DNA from: Acidimicrobiales bacterium
GTDB lineage: Bacteria; Actinomycetota; Acidimicrobiia; Acidimicrobiales; RAAP-2
Direction: 5' to 3'
NCBI GenBank assembly: GCA_035297265.1
Contig: DATGZH010000007.1
Span: 8,085 to 72,084 of the forward strand
DNA: 64,000 nt
Positions 43,602-52,327 of the stretch are shown in pieces. Position 1 is the first letter of the stretch. Every line of letters begins with the position of its first letter. Position numbers and translations under genes: made by a program. The notes beneath the pieces are model-generated. The model had not been told where the DNA came from. It saw only the letters and a program-made list of their open reading frames with translations, and did not search any database.

Positions 43602-45752
43602 TCAGCGCAGCAAAGGATCGCGAGGGAGGCCGAGGATCCGCTCGCCGATCTGGTTCCGGGTGATCTCCGAGGTCCCGCCGGCGATCGAGAGCGCCCGGGA
43701 CATGAGCAACTGGAACAGGACGGGCCCGCCGTCCCCGTCAGCCAGGGCGACTTCCGGCCCGACCAGGTCGAGGGCGAGGTCGGCCACTCGCTGGACATGC
43801 TCGGCCGAGAGCAGCTTGGTCACGTTGCCCTCGGGCCCGGGTTCACCGCCGGCCACGGCCCGCTCGGCTCGGCGGAGGTTGAGCGACACCATCGCCTGGT
43901 GCTCAGCCAGGAGGTCACCGACGGCGGCCGCGGTCTTGGCCGAGCCGTGTTGGCGCTGCAGGGTGAGCAGGTCGAGGATCGAGCCCAGCCGCGTCCGGCC
44001 AATGCTCACCCGCTCGTTGCCGAGCGTGGAGCGGGCCACCGTCCAGCCGCCGTTCTCCGGGCCGACGACGTCGTCGTCGGGCACGAAGACGTCGTCGAAG
44101 AACACCTCGTTGAACATCGAGTGGCCCGTGGCCTCCCGGAGCGGGCGGACCTCGACGCCCTCGGCGTGCATGTCGATGACCATCGTGGTGATCCCGGCAT
44201 GCTTGGGCGCCTCGGGATCCGTGCGGATCGTGGCGAGCCCCCGGTCACAGAACTGCGCGCCGGAGGTCCAGACCTTCTGACCGGTGACGAGCCAGCCGCC
44301 GTCGGTGCGCACGCCCCTCGTCCGGATGCCGGCCGCGTCGGACCCGGCGCCCGGCTCGCTGAAGAGCTGGCACCACACGAGCTCGCGGCGGAGCGTCGGG
44401 AGGACCCAGCGGTCGACCTGGTCCTCGGTGGCGTGCTGGATGAGCGTGAGGATGATCCAGCCGGTGATGCCGTAGTCGGGGCCGCTGAGCCCCGCCTTGG
44501 AGAACTCCTCGTCGATCACGAGCTGCTCGACCGCCTTGGCCTCGCGCCCGAAGGGCTTCGGCCAGTGGGGCTGCACGTAGCCGGTCTCGATGAAGCGCTG
44601 GAGCCGTTCGGCCTCCGGGAGGTCCTTCACCTCCTCGACGAACGCCCGCACCTGCGTCCGCAGCGCCTCCGCCTCGGGCGGGAGCTCGAAGGCGTGCTCG
44701 AGCACAACGCCGGCCTCGCTGAGCGTCGTCACGTCCTCGCTCGCCGCCACGGGGTCGAACAGCGCGTGGAGCGCGCCGGCCCGCCGCATGATCAGGTGGC
44801 CGTCGTGCTCCCAGGTGAAACCGATCCCCCCGTGGACCTGGATGTTGAGCTGGGCGTTGTGGAAGTAGGCCGGCAGCGCCTCGGTGGCGGCCACCGCCGA
44901 GGCCAGCTGCAGCTGGTCGTCGGGGCCCGAGGCGGCGCGGGCCGCCTCCCAGACGGCGGCGGTGGCCAGCTCGGTGGCCACGAGCATGTCGGCGCAGTGG
45001 TGCTTCACCGCCTGGAACATGGCGATCGGCCGGCCGAACTGCTCCCGGTCCTTGGCGTACTGGGTGGCCGACTCCGTGCACTCCCGAGCACCACCGGCCG
45101 CCTCGGCCGAAGCGAGGAGGCGGGCGAGGGCGGTCACGACCGGCCCCGATCCGTCGAGCCGGTCCTCGTCGCTCACCGCGACCCGCTCGAGGCGGACGCG
45201 GGCCGAGCGCCGGGTCGGATCGAAGTTGGCCGGGACCTCCACGTGGACCTCCGGGCGGTCGGTCGCCACGATGACGGCGTCGTCCCCCACCACGAGGACG
45301 AGGAGATCAGCCAGGCCGGCCTCGAGCACCACACCGGCGTCGCCGTCGAGCACGCCGCTCTCGAGCCGCAGCGACCCGCCGGTGCCGACGGCGCCGGTGA
45401 CCGTGCCGTCGGCCAGGCCCGGGAGGAGGCGGCGCTGCTGCTCGGGCCGGCCACAGCGGGCGAGGGCCGCCGAGGCCATGACGGTCGGCAGGAACGGGCC
45501 CGGGGCCACGGCCCGGCCGAGCTCCTCGACCACGACCACGAGCTCGGGCAGCCCGTAGCCCGAGCCCCCGTCCTCCTCGGGGAGGTGGAGACCCAGCCAC
45601 CCGAGGTCGGCCATCTCCTTCCACCACTCGGGTCGGGCCTCGTCGGGGGCGTCGAGGAGGCTCCGGGCCGCGGCCCGCAGGTCGTGGTCGGCGGCGAACG
45701 AGCGGACCACGGTGCCGAGCTCTCGGTGGGCCTCACTGATGGCGATGGTCAT
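43602..45752 (-). CDS. two-domain (fused) acyl-CoA dehydrogenase, FadE34-like architecture
   Basis: 716 aa. The N-terminal half resembles the upstream partner of the split pair (QVHGGIGFTWEHDGHLIMRR). The C-terminal half resembles the downstream partner (FSEPGAGSDAAGIRTRGVRTDGGWLVTGQKVWTSGA ... SIAGGTSEITRNQIGERILGLP). Confidence 0.85.
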   Translation of the reverse strand: MTIAISEAHRELGTVVRSFAADHDLRAAARSLLDAPDEARPEWWKEMADLGWLGLHLPEEDGGSGYGLPELVVVVEELGRAVAPGPFLPTVMASAALARCGRPEQQRRLLPGLADGTVTGAVGTGGSLRLESGVLDGDAGVVLEAGLADLLVLVVGDDAVIVATDRPEVHVEVPANFDPTRRSARVRLERVAVSDEDRLDGSGPVVTALARLLASAEAAGGARECTESATQYAKDREQFGRPIAMFQAVKHHCADMLVATELATAAVWEAARAASGPDDQLQLASAVAATEALPAYFHNAQLNIQVHGGIGFTWEHDGHLIMRRAGALHALFDPVAASEDVTTLSEAGVVLEHAFELPPEAEALRTQVRAFVEEVKDLPEAERLQRFIETGYVQPHWPKPFGREAKAVEQLVIDEEFSKAGLSGPDYGITGWIILTLIQHATEDQVDRWVLPTLRRELVWCQLFSEPGAGSDAAGIRTRGVRTDGGWLVTGQKVWTSGAQFCDRGLATIRTDPEAPKHAGITTMVIDMHAEGVEVRPLREATGHSMFNEVFFDDVFVPDDDVVGPENGGWTVARSTLGNERVSIGRTRLGSILDLLTLQRQHGSAKTAAAVGDLLAEHQAMVSLNLRRAERAVAGGEPGPEGNVTKLLSAEHVQRVADLALDLVGPEVALADGDGGPVLFQLLMSRALSIAGGTSEITRNQIGERILGLPRDPLLR

Positions 45753-45836
45753 GACGGTCTCCGTGACTCTCGCTGACGCTGTGGACGGACAACTCTAACG
45801 ACCCACCCGGGGCAGCCTCCGAGGCCTGCTCGGGGC

Positions 45837-46604
45837 TCACAGGGTGCGGAAGGATCCCCCGTCCACGAGGATCTGGGCGCCGTTCACGTAGCTCGAGGCG
45901 TCGCTCGCCAGGAAGACGCAGATCCCGACCATGTCCTCGGGCTGACCCACCCGGCGCATGGGGTTCATCCGGGCCGCCGCCTCGACGGTGCCGGGCGGCC
46001 AGGCCTTGGCGATGTCGGTCTCGAAGGGCCCGGGGAGGACGGTGTTGGCCCGGACCTTGGGGTTGAAGGCCCCGGCGAGGCCGAGGGTGAGGGCGTTCAG
46101 GCCGGCCTTGGCCATGGCGTAGGGGAGGTCGCCCGGCCCCGGCCGCCAGGAGCCGGCCGTACTCACGTTCACGATCGAGCCCCCCTCTCCTTCGTACATG
46201 GCGGTGCCGAAGAGACAGCCCAGGCGGAAGGGTCCCTTGGCATTCACCGCGTGGGTCTTGTCGTAGAGGTCCTCGGTCACCGAGGCGAGGTCCGGGTAGA
46301 GGGGCGACATGCCGGCGTTCGAGACGAGCACCTCGCAGTGGCCGAACTCCTCGTAGACCCGCTCGACCAGCCGGTCGCAGTCGTCCCAACGGCCAGCGTG
46401 GAACCCGACGGCCAGGGCCCGCCGCCCGCCCCGCTCGCGCACCTCGGCCGCCACCGCCTCGCAGTTCTCGAGCTTGCGGCTGGCCACGACGACGTCGGCG
46501 CCCGCCGCCGCGAGACCATGGACGACGGCCCGGCCGATGCCCCGGCTGCCGCCGGTCACCACCGCCACCTTGCCGCTCAGGTCGAACTCGTGAGTGGCCG
46601 CCAT
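45837..46604 (-). CDS. SDR family oxidoreductase
   Basis: It has TGGSRGIG and YxxxK as YAMAKAG, across 255 aa. Confidence 0.85.
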   Translation of the reverse strand: MAATHEFDLSGKVAVVTGGSRGIGRAVVHGLAAAGADVVVASRKLENCEAVAAEVRERGGRRALAVGFHAGRWDDCDRLVERVYEEFGHCEVLVSNAGMSPLYPDLASVTEDLYDKTHAVNAKGPFRLGCLFGTAMYEGEGGSIVNVSTAGSWRPGPGDLPYAMAKAGLNALTLGLAGAFNPKVRANTVLPGPFETDIAKAWPPGTVEAAARMNPMRRVGQPEDMVGICVFLASDASSYVNGAQILVDGGSFRTL

Positions 46605-46642
46605 GACACCTCGCTCTCGCCGTCTCCCCGCCGGCGCTCAGG

Positions 46643-47143
46643 TTGGCACGCCGGGCTCCGCCCTGGCCGGGGACCGGCTCGCCCCGGCTTTGCGGGGATC
46701 GGCCGGGCGAGAGAAGGATCGGAGCCATCGACAAGCCGACCCCCGAACCCGACGAGCTGACCAGCTTCTACTGGGAGGGCGCCCGTCGCCACGAGCTGAT
46801 GGTCCTGCGCTGCTCGGCCTGCGGCTACTACCTCCACCCGCCCGAGCCCGCCTGTCCCCGCTGCCTCGGTGACGCCCTCGAACCGACGGCGGTCAGCGGC
46901 CGGGGCACGCTCTTCTCGTTCACGGTGGCCCGTCAGGCCTTCGACGTGGCGTTCCTGGACCACCTCCCCTACGTACTGGCCCTCATCGAGCTGGTCGAGC
47001 AGCCCGGGCTCCGCATCCTCACGAACATCGTCGACGACCCGCCGGATGCCCTCGAGGTGGGGGCGCCCGTGGAGGTGACCTTCGAGGCCCGCGGCGGGTG
47101 GTCGATCCCGCAGTTCCGCTTGGCCAGGGACGGCACCCGGTGA
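46643..47143 (+). CDS. DUF35 OB-fold / zinc-ribbon protein (start uncertain)
   Basis: It has the 4-Cys ribbon CSACGYYLHPPEPACPRC followed by an OB-fold-like tail. TTG 46643 is the only canonical in-frame start and gives a long N-terminus. Confidence 0.7.
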   Translation: MARRAPPWPGTGSPRLCGDRPGERRIGAIDKPTPEPDELTSFYWEGARRHELMVLRCSACGYYLHPPEPACPRCLGDALEPTAVSGRGTLFSFTVARQAFDVAFLDHLPYVLALIELVEQPGLRILTNIVDDPPDALEVGAPVEVTFEARGGWSIPQFRLARDGTR

Positions 47144-48300
47144 GCGCGCTCAGCCGCGACGTGGCCGTGGCCGGCGTGGGCTATTCGCCGATCACCCGCA
47201 CCGGGCGCCCCGACGTGCGCGAGCTCACGCTCCTCGCCTGCCGGGCGGCCCTCGACGACGCCGGCCTCGCCCCGAACGACGTCGATGCCATCGCGGAGTA
47301 CCAGTTCGGCCAGGGGGACGCCCCGACCGCCGTCGGGGCGCAGCGGCTGCTCGGCATCGACAACCTCCACATGTTCAACGACCTCATGGGCACGGGGCCG
47401 TCGGGACTGGCCAGCGCCCTCGACGCCACGATGGCCGTGGCCTCCGGGGTCTGCGAAACCGCGCTCGTCTACCGCTGCATCACCCGGGACGCCGGCCACA
47501 CCGGCGCGCTGCGGGCCGGCCCGAGCTCGGCCGGCGGGGCCCTGCAGTTCACCGCGCCCTACGGCCTCGGCGGGGGAATCATCCACACGATGGGCATGCG
47601 CAAGCGGCGGCGCCTGGCCGAGCTCGGCGGCTCGCCCGAGGACTACGGGCAGGTCGCGCTGAACGCCCGCCGTTGGGGGTTGCTCAACGACCGGGCCGTG
47701 CTCCGCGAGCCGCTCACGATGGAGGAGTACCTCGGCTCTCGGATGGTGAGCGACCCGCTCGTGCTCCTCGACTGCGACTACCCCGTCAACGGCGCCTGCG
47801 CCGCGGTCGTCACGACGGCCGAGCGGGCCGCCGACCTGCGCCAGCCGGTGGTGGTGGTCGACGCCATGGCCTACGGCACCGGGCGCAACGCCGACTGGCT
47901 CTACGGCGAGGACCTCCTCTTCGGCGGGACCCGCCCCTGCGCCGAGCGTCTCTGGTCGATGGCCTCCGTCGGCCCGGGCGACGTGGACGTGGCCGAGCTG
48001 TACGACGGCTTCACCCACATCACGATCTCCTGGGTGGAGGCCCTCGGCTTCTGCGGCATCGGCGAGTTCGGCGACTGGGTGGACGACGGCCGGCGCATCG
48101 GCCCCGGCGGTCCGCTCCCCCTCAACACCCACGGGGGCCAGCTGTCGGAGGGCCGGCTCCACGGGCTCGGGTTCCTCACCGAGGCGGTGCTGCAGCTCCG
48201 CGGGGGCGAGGGGGCCCGGCAGGTCGAGGGCGCCGAGGTGGCGGTCGTGGCCAACGCCCACGGTCCCCAGTGCGGCGCCATGGTGCTGACCAGAGGCTGA
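47140..48300 (+). CDS. thiolase-like lipid-transfer protein (Ltp)
   Basis: 386 aa with VAVAGVGYSPITRTG and a C-terminal NTHGGQLSEGRLHGLGF. No Cys is seen at the expected nucleophile position (GTGPSGLAS). GTG 47140 overlaps the DUF35 stop. Confidence 0.85.
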   Translation: MSALSRDVAVAGVGYSPITRTGRPDVRELTLLACRAALDDAGLAPNDVDAIAEYQFGQGDAPTAVGAQRLLGIDNLHMFNDLMGTGPSGLASALDATMAVASGVCETALVYRCITRDAGHTGALRAGPSSAGGALQFTAPYGLGGGIIHTMGMRKRRRLAELGGSPEDYGQVALNARRWGLLNDRAVLREPLTMEEYLGSRMVSDPLVLLDCDYPVNGACAAVVTTAERAADLRQPVVVVDAMAYGTGRNADWLYGEDLLFGGTRPCAERLWSMASVGPGDVDVAELYDGFTHITISWVEALGFCGIGEFGDWVDDGRRIGPGGPLPLNTHGGQLSEGRLHGLGFLTEAVLQLRGGEGARQVEGAEVAVVANAHGPQCGAMVLTRG

Positions 48301-48317
48301 TCGAACGAGGAGCTGCC

Positions 48318-48734
48318 ATGTTCTCCTGGCTGGGACGACGCATGGTGGGGCGGAACATGGCCGCCCTGCGGGCCGGTGACCCCGGGCCGGTGTTGCGCAT
48401 GGACGCCGACGACGTGCGCTTCTTCTTCCCGGGCGACAGCTCGTGGTCGGGCCAGCTCGACGGAAAGGCCGAGCACGAGCGCTGGCTGGCCCGCTTCGTC
48501 GCGGTGGGCCTCGCCACCGAGCCCGACGAGGTCGTCGTCCAGGGGCCACCGTGGCGCACCACGATCTGCGTGCGGGGGCGCTCCTACCTGCGCGGCGCCG
48601 ACGGTCAGATCGTCTACGACAACCGCTACGTCCTGTGGGGCCGCCTCGCCTGGGGCAAGCTCAAGGAGTACGAGGCCTACGAGGACACCCAGAAGAGCCG
48701 GGCCCTCGACGACTACCTCGTGGGCCGGGGTTGA
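48318..48734 (+). CDS. NTF2-like / SnoaL-like small protein
   Basis: 138 aa lying 17 nt after the Ltp gene. The assignment rests on size and alpha+beta pattern, with weak motif support. Confidence 0.55.
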   Translation: MFSWLGRRMVGRNMAALRAGDPGPVLRMDADDVRFFFPGDSSWSGQLDGKAEHERWLARFVAVGLATEPDEVVVQGPPWRTTICVRGRSYLRGADGQIVYDNRYVLWGRLAWGKLKEYEAYEDTQKSRALDDYLVGRG

Positions 48735-48756
48735 TCCCCCCGGGGTCGACCCGCCG

Positions 48757-49338
48757 TCAGGAGGACGAGGAGGACGCCGCCTGCTTGACCGCGTGGCGCA
48801 GGATGAAGGCGCCGACGATCTCGAGGGCCCCCATGACGGCGAACCAGATCCCGACGAGGATGGCCAGCACGGTGATCGAGGTCGAGGGGTTCGCGGCCAC
48901 CACGATGCCGGCCGCCAGGCTGACCAGGCCGAAGAAGATCCACCAGCCCCGGCCCTGGCGCGAGCCCCCGCCGATGCCGGCGATCAGGGCGATCACGCCC
49001 TGGACGATCCAGGCGATGCCGATGATGAGGGCAAGTGCCGCCTGGGTGAGGTGAAGGTGGCGGATGCAGATGATCCCGATGACGATGAGCAACAGGCCGG
49101 CGATACCGAGCCAGACCCGGTGGGGCTCGTTGTGGTCGAGCACCCGGATGAGGTGGATGATGCCGCCGATGACGAAGAGGATCCCGATCAGCACCGAGAT
49201 CACGTTGAGCGAGGTCGACGGGTGGAAGGCCACGATCAGGCCGATGACGAGCGTGGCCAGACCGGCGAAAAGCATGAGCTGCCACGACGTCGTGAGGTCC
49301 TGTTCGTCGGTCACTACAACAACTTGGTCGGGCGCCAT
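48757..49338 (-). CDS. HdeD/DUF308 family membrane protein
   Basis: 193 aa with six hydrophobic helices in the repeating DUF308 pattern (GIIHLI, GIAWIVQGVIALIAGI, VGIWFAVMGALEIV). Confidence 0.75.
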   Translation of the reverse strand: MAPDQVVVVTDEQDLTTSWQLMLFAGLATLVIGLIVAFHPSTSLNVISVLIGILFVIGGIIHLIRVLDHNEPHRVWLGIAGLLLIVIGIICIRHLHLTQAALALIIGIAWIVQGVIALIAGIGGGSRQGRGWWIFFGLVSLAAGIVVAANPSTSITVLAILVGIWFAVMGALEIVGAFILRHAVKQAASSSSS

Positions 49339-49577
49339 GGCCCCCCTTCCTCCGCTCCCCCGCCCTTGGAGCAGAGCGGGCGATCCAGTCCAAGGTAGCC
49401 AAGTCCCCCGCCGGGGCGGTGCATCCTCGGGCTCCGAGCAGGGACCCCCCTGCTACCGTGCCCGCCGTGCCGGTCGGCCATCACCTCCCCCGGGCCGCCC
49501 TGCCTGTCCCCGCCGAAGCTTCGGTCGCCGGCCCGGCCGACGTTGTGTAGGGACCGGGATCGGGAAGGCTCTCTCCC

Positions 49578-50057
49578 GTGGATGTCATCTCGCTCCTGGG
49601 CTCGGCGCCGGGCCGGCTGGTGGCCGCCTCCTTCAGCGACGTCGGCCCGGACCCCGACGCCGCCCTGGCGGCTGCGGGCTGTGACCGGCTGGTCTGCCTC
49701 GTCACGATCCAAGAGATGCACCAACGGTTCCCCGACATGGAGCGCTGGGTGGCCGAGGCCGGCCCCCGGGTGCTCCACGCCCCGATCCCCGACGGCGGAA
49801 CCATCGACGACGACTCGCTGGCCGCCGTCGTGCGCAGCCTGGCCAGCGACCTCGAGGAGGGCAAGGGTCTCCTGCTCCAGTGCGGCGGAGGCATGGGGAG
49901 GGTGGGCGTCGTGGCCATCCTCGTCCTCGTGACCATCGGCTTCGAGCTCGACGAGGCGACCGAGCACGTGCGCCGGTCCCGGGTGGGGGCCGGTCCCGAC
50001 AACGCCGAACAGCAGGCCCAGGTCGTCCGGCTCGCCCCGCTGCTCGGCTTCGGCTGA
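49578..50057 (+). CDS. Cys-based protein phosphatase-like protein (CX5R P-loop)
   Basis: 159 aa with LLLQCGGGMGRVG, which matches C-x5-R, and an upstream IPDGG. It has Q instead of the usual H before the Cys. Confidence 0.55.
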   Translation: MDVISLLGSAPGRLVAASFSDVGPDPDAALAAAGCDRLVCLVTIQEMHQRFPDMERWVAEAGPRVLHAPIPDGGTIDDDSLAAVVRSLASDLEEGKGLLLQCGGGMGRVGVVAILVLVTIGFELDEATEHVRRSRVGAGPDNAEQQAQVVRLAPLLGFG

Positions 50058-50092
50058 CACCCAGCGCCGCACCCGCCGCAGCCACCTGGGTC

Positions 50093-50122
50093 TTGACATG
50101 CAGCCATTTGGCTGCCTATTGT
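50093..50122 (+). promoter_or_regulatory. sigma-70-type promoter with palindromic operator in the spacer
   Basis: TTGACA (50093-50098) and TATTGT (50117-50122) are separated by 18 nt. The spacer contains the perfect palindrome GCAGCCA-TT-TGGCTGC (50100-50115), about 45 nt upstream of the SRPBCC gene. Confidence 0.4.
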
Positions 50123-50164
50123 GGCGGCAGTCGCACCGACGGCATGCACGAGAGGAGACGGGCC

Positions 50165-50611
50165 ATGGCCGACATCAGGCACGAGGTAGGGATCGGCGCC
50201 CCGCCGGCCCGGGTCTACGAGGCGTTCGCTACCACCGAGGGCCTCGCCAGCTGGTGGACCCGGGAGGTCGAGGGTGACGCCGGCAAGGGCGGCACGCTCC
50301 GCTTCTTCTTCGGCCAGCCCGAGCCGGCGGCCACGATGGAGGTCGTCGACGCCCGCCCCGACGAGCGGGTCGAGTGGCGCTGCGTCGGCGGGCCCGACGA
50401 GTGGGTCGGCACCACCTTCACGTTCGACCTCAAGCCCAAGCGCGACGGCACGATGGTGCTCTTCACGAACGCCGGTTGGCGCGAGCCGGTGGACTTCATC
50501 CACCACTGCAGCACCCGGTGGGCCTACTTCCTGCTCGGACTGAAGTCCGGGCTCGAGGGCGGCAAGGCCTCACCCTGGCCCGACGACCAGCGAACCGACG
50601 ACTGGAGCTGA
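50165..50611 (+). CDS. SRPBCC / AHSA1-domain protein
   Basis: 148 aa with ARVYEAFATTEGLASWWT, typical of Aha1/START-like proteins. The RBS is GAGAGGAG. Confidence 0.75.
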   Translation: MADIRHEVGIGAPPARVYEAFATTEGLASWWTREVEGDAGKGGTLRFFFGQPEPAATMEVVDARPDERVEWRCVGGPDEWVGTTFTFDLKPKRDGTMVLFTNAGWREPVDFIHHCSTRWAYFLLGLKSGLEGGKASPWPDDQRTDDWS

Positions 50612-50637
50612 TCCGGCCCGGCCCGGAGGAAGCAGCC

Positions 50638-51120
50638 ATGCCCGAGACGGCGTTCGTCTACCGCACGTACATCAGGACGACACCCGAGCGGCTCTGGCGG
50701 GCCCTCACCGAGCCGGCGTTCACCCGCCGCTACTGGCGTCTCGACCTCGAGTCGGACTGGCGGGTCGGCTCCACGGTGACCTGGCACGACGGCGACGTCA
50801 CCATCGCCGACCCCGACCAGCGGGTGGTGGAGGCCGAGCCGCACCGGCGGCTCGCCTACACCTGGCACACCTTCACCCCCGAATGGGCGGCGGCCCACGG
50901 GTTCGACGACGAGCAACGGACCCGGTGGGCCTCGGAGCGCCGGACCAAGGTGACCTTCGACATCGAGCCGCTCGGCGACATCGTGAAGCTCACGGTCGTG
51001 CACGACGACTTCGACCCGGACAGCGCCATCCTGCCGATGGTGAGCGAGGGCTGGCCCCGCATCCTCGCCGACATCAAGACGCTGCTCGAGACGGGGGAGA
51101 TCCTCCCCACCGGTCCATGA
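50638..51120 (+). CDS. SRPBCC / AHSA1-domain protein
   Basis: 160 aa with TPERLWRALTEPAFTRRYW. The RBS is GGAGGAAG. Confidence 0.75.
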   Translation: MPETAFVYRTYIRTTPERLWRALTEPAFTRRYWRLDLESDWRVGSTVTWHDGDVTIADPDQRVVEAEPHRRLAYTWHTFTPEWAAAHGFDDEQRTRWASERRTKVTFDIEPLGDIVKLTVVHDDFDPDSAILPMVSEGWPRILADIKTLLETGEILPTGP

Positions 51121-51205
51121 CGCGGCCGCCAGGGCCGTCGCCGGCTGCGGGCGGCCTGCGGGCTTCTGGGCCATACCCCAGTCGGTTGGTACTGTGACCC
51201 ACTCT

Positions 51206-51358
51206 GGGTAGTGGCTCAATTTCAAGCCTCCACGTACATTCGGCTTAACGTCGGAAGCCCAAAGGGCAGTTTCACGTTTCCTCCTACCGAGGAACCGACG
51301 GTTTTCGCACGCCGAACCCTACTTTGGGGGTGTAACAACCCGAACTGAGCCACTACCC
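51206..51358. mobile_element. MITE-like / structured 153-bp element
   Basis: It has 13-bp perfect terminal inverted repeats: GGGTAGTGGCTCA (51206-51218) and TGAGCCACTACCC (51346-51358). Direct repeats CACTCT flank it immediately (51200-51205 and 51359-51364). The interior has lower GC and nested hairpins. It sits in the 268-nt gap upstream of the SDR gene. Confidence 0.4.
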
Positions 51359-51388
51359 CACTCTGCCGGTCGGAAAGGTGAGTATAAG

Positions 51389-52300
51389 ATGAACGAACTC
51401 CAGGGCCGCGTCGCCGTCATCACCGGCGCCGGACGAGGCATCGGCCGCGAGCACGCGCTCCTTTTCGCCGCCGAGGGGGCCAAGGTCGTCGTGAACGACC
51501 TGGGTGGCGACCCCCACGGCACCGGGGCGGACCGTTCCCCGGCCCAGCAGGTGGTCGACGAGATCACAGCGGCCGGCGGTGAGGCCGTGGCCAACTACGA
51601 CGACGTGGCCGACTGGGAGGGGGCCGAGCGCCTCATCAAGCAGGCGGTCGACACCTTCGGCGACCTCCACGTCCTCGTGAACAACGCCGGCATCCTGCGG
51701 GACCGCATGCTCGTCAATATGTCGCCCGAGGAGTGGGACGCGGTGATCAAGGTCCACCTGCGGGGCCACTTCTGCCCCAGCCGCTGGGCCGCCACCTACT
51801 GGCGCGACCAGTCGAAGGCGGGCAACGAGGGGAAGCGGGCCATCATCAACACGTCGTCGACGTCGGGCCTCTTCGGCAACGCCGGCCAGACGAACTACGG
51901 CGCGGCCAAGACCGGCATCGCCACGTTCACGATGATCGCCGACGCCGAGCTCGGCCGGTACGGGGTGCGGGCGAACGCCATCGCCCCGGCCGCGGCCACC
52001 CGCCTCACCGCCGGGCTCGGCCCCGCCCAGCCCGAACCGAACGCCGAGGGCTGGACCCCGATGGACCCGGCCAACGTGGCGCCCTTCGTGGGCTACCTGG
52101 CCACCGAGGACTGCCCCATCCACGGACGGATCTTCCTCGTGGCTGGTGGCGGCATCAGTCTCTTCCAGCCCTTCGCCATCGTCGACAAGATCGAGAAGCA
52201 GGGCTTCTGGAGCGTGGGCGAGCTCAAGAAGGAGGCCGCCCACTTCGCCACGGTGCCCTTCAACCTCAACAACCCCTACGGCAGCCTGCTCGGCGACTGA
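51389..52300 (+). CDS. SDR, MFE-2/Hsd4A-type (3R)-hydroxyacyl-CoA dehydrogenase-like
   Basis: 303 aa with TGAGRGIG, NNAGILRD and YxxxK as YGAAKTG. Its overall layout resembles the dehydrogenase domain of multifunctional enzyme type 2. Confidence 0.8.
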   Translation: MNELQGRVAVITGAGRGIGREHALLFAAEGAKVVVNDLGGDPHGTGADRSPAQQVVDEITAAGGEAVANYDDVADWEGAERLIKQAVDTFGDLHVLVNNAGILRDRMLVNMSPEEWDAVIKVHLRGHFCPSRWAATYWRDQSKAGNEGKRAIINTSSTSGLFGNAGQTNYGAAKTGIATFTMIADAELGRYGVRANAIAPAAATRLTAGLGPAQPEPNAEGWTPMDPANVAPFVGYLATEDCPIHGRIFLVAGGGISLFQPFAIVDKIEKQGFWSVGELKKEAAHFATVPFNLNNPYGSLLGD

Positions 52301-52327
52301 CCCGTCCGCCGGTGACAGCCGGCCCAC

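Noticed and set aside
51206-51358. The structured 153-bp element as a tRNA, TPP riboswitch or cobalamin riboswitch.
   Set aside because: No cloverleaf can be drawn, because the GGCTCAATTTCAAGCC hairpin is not followed by an anticodon arm. The GGGGTG...CTGAGC and GCCACTA strings are in the wrong order and context for TPP or B12 boxes. The downstream gene is an SDR unrelated to those cofactors.
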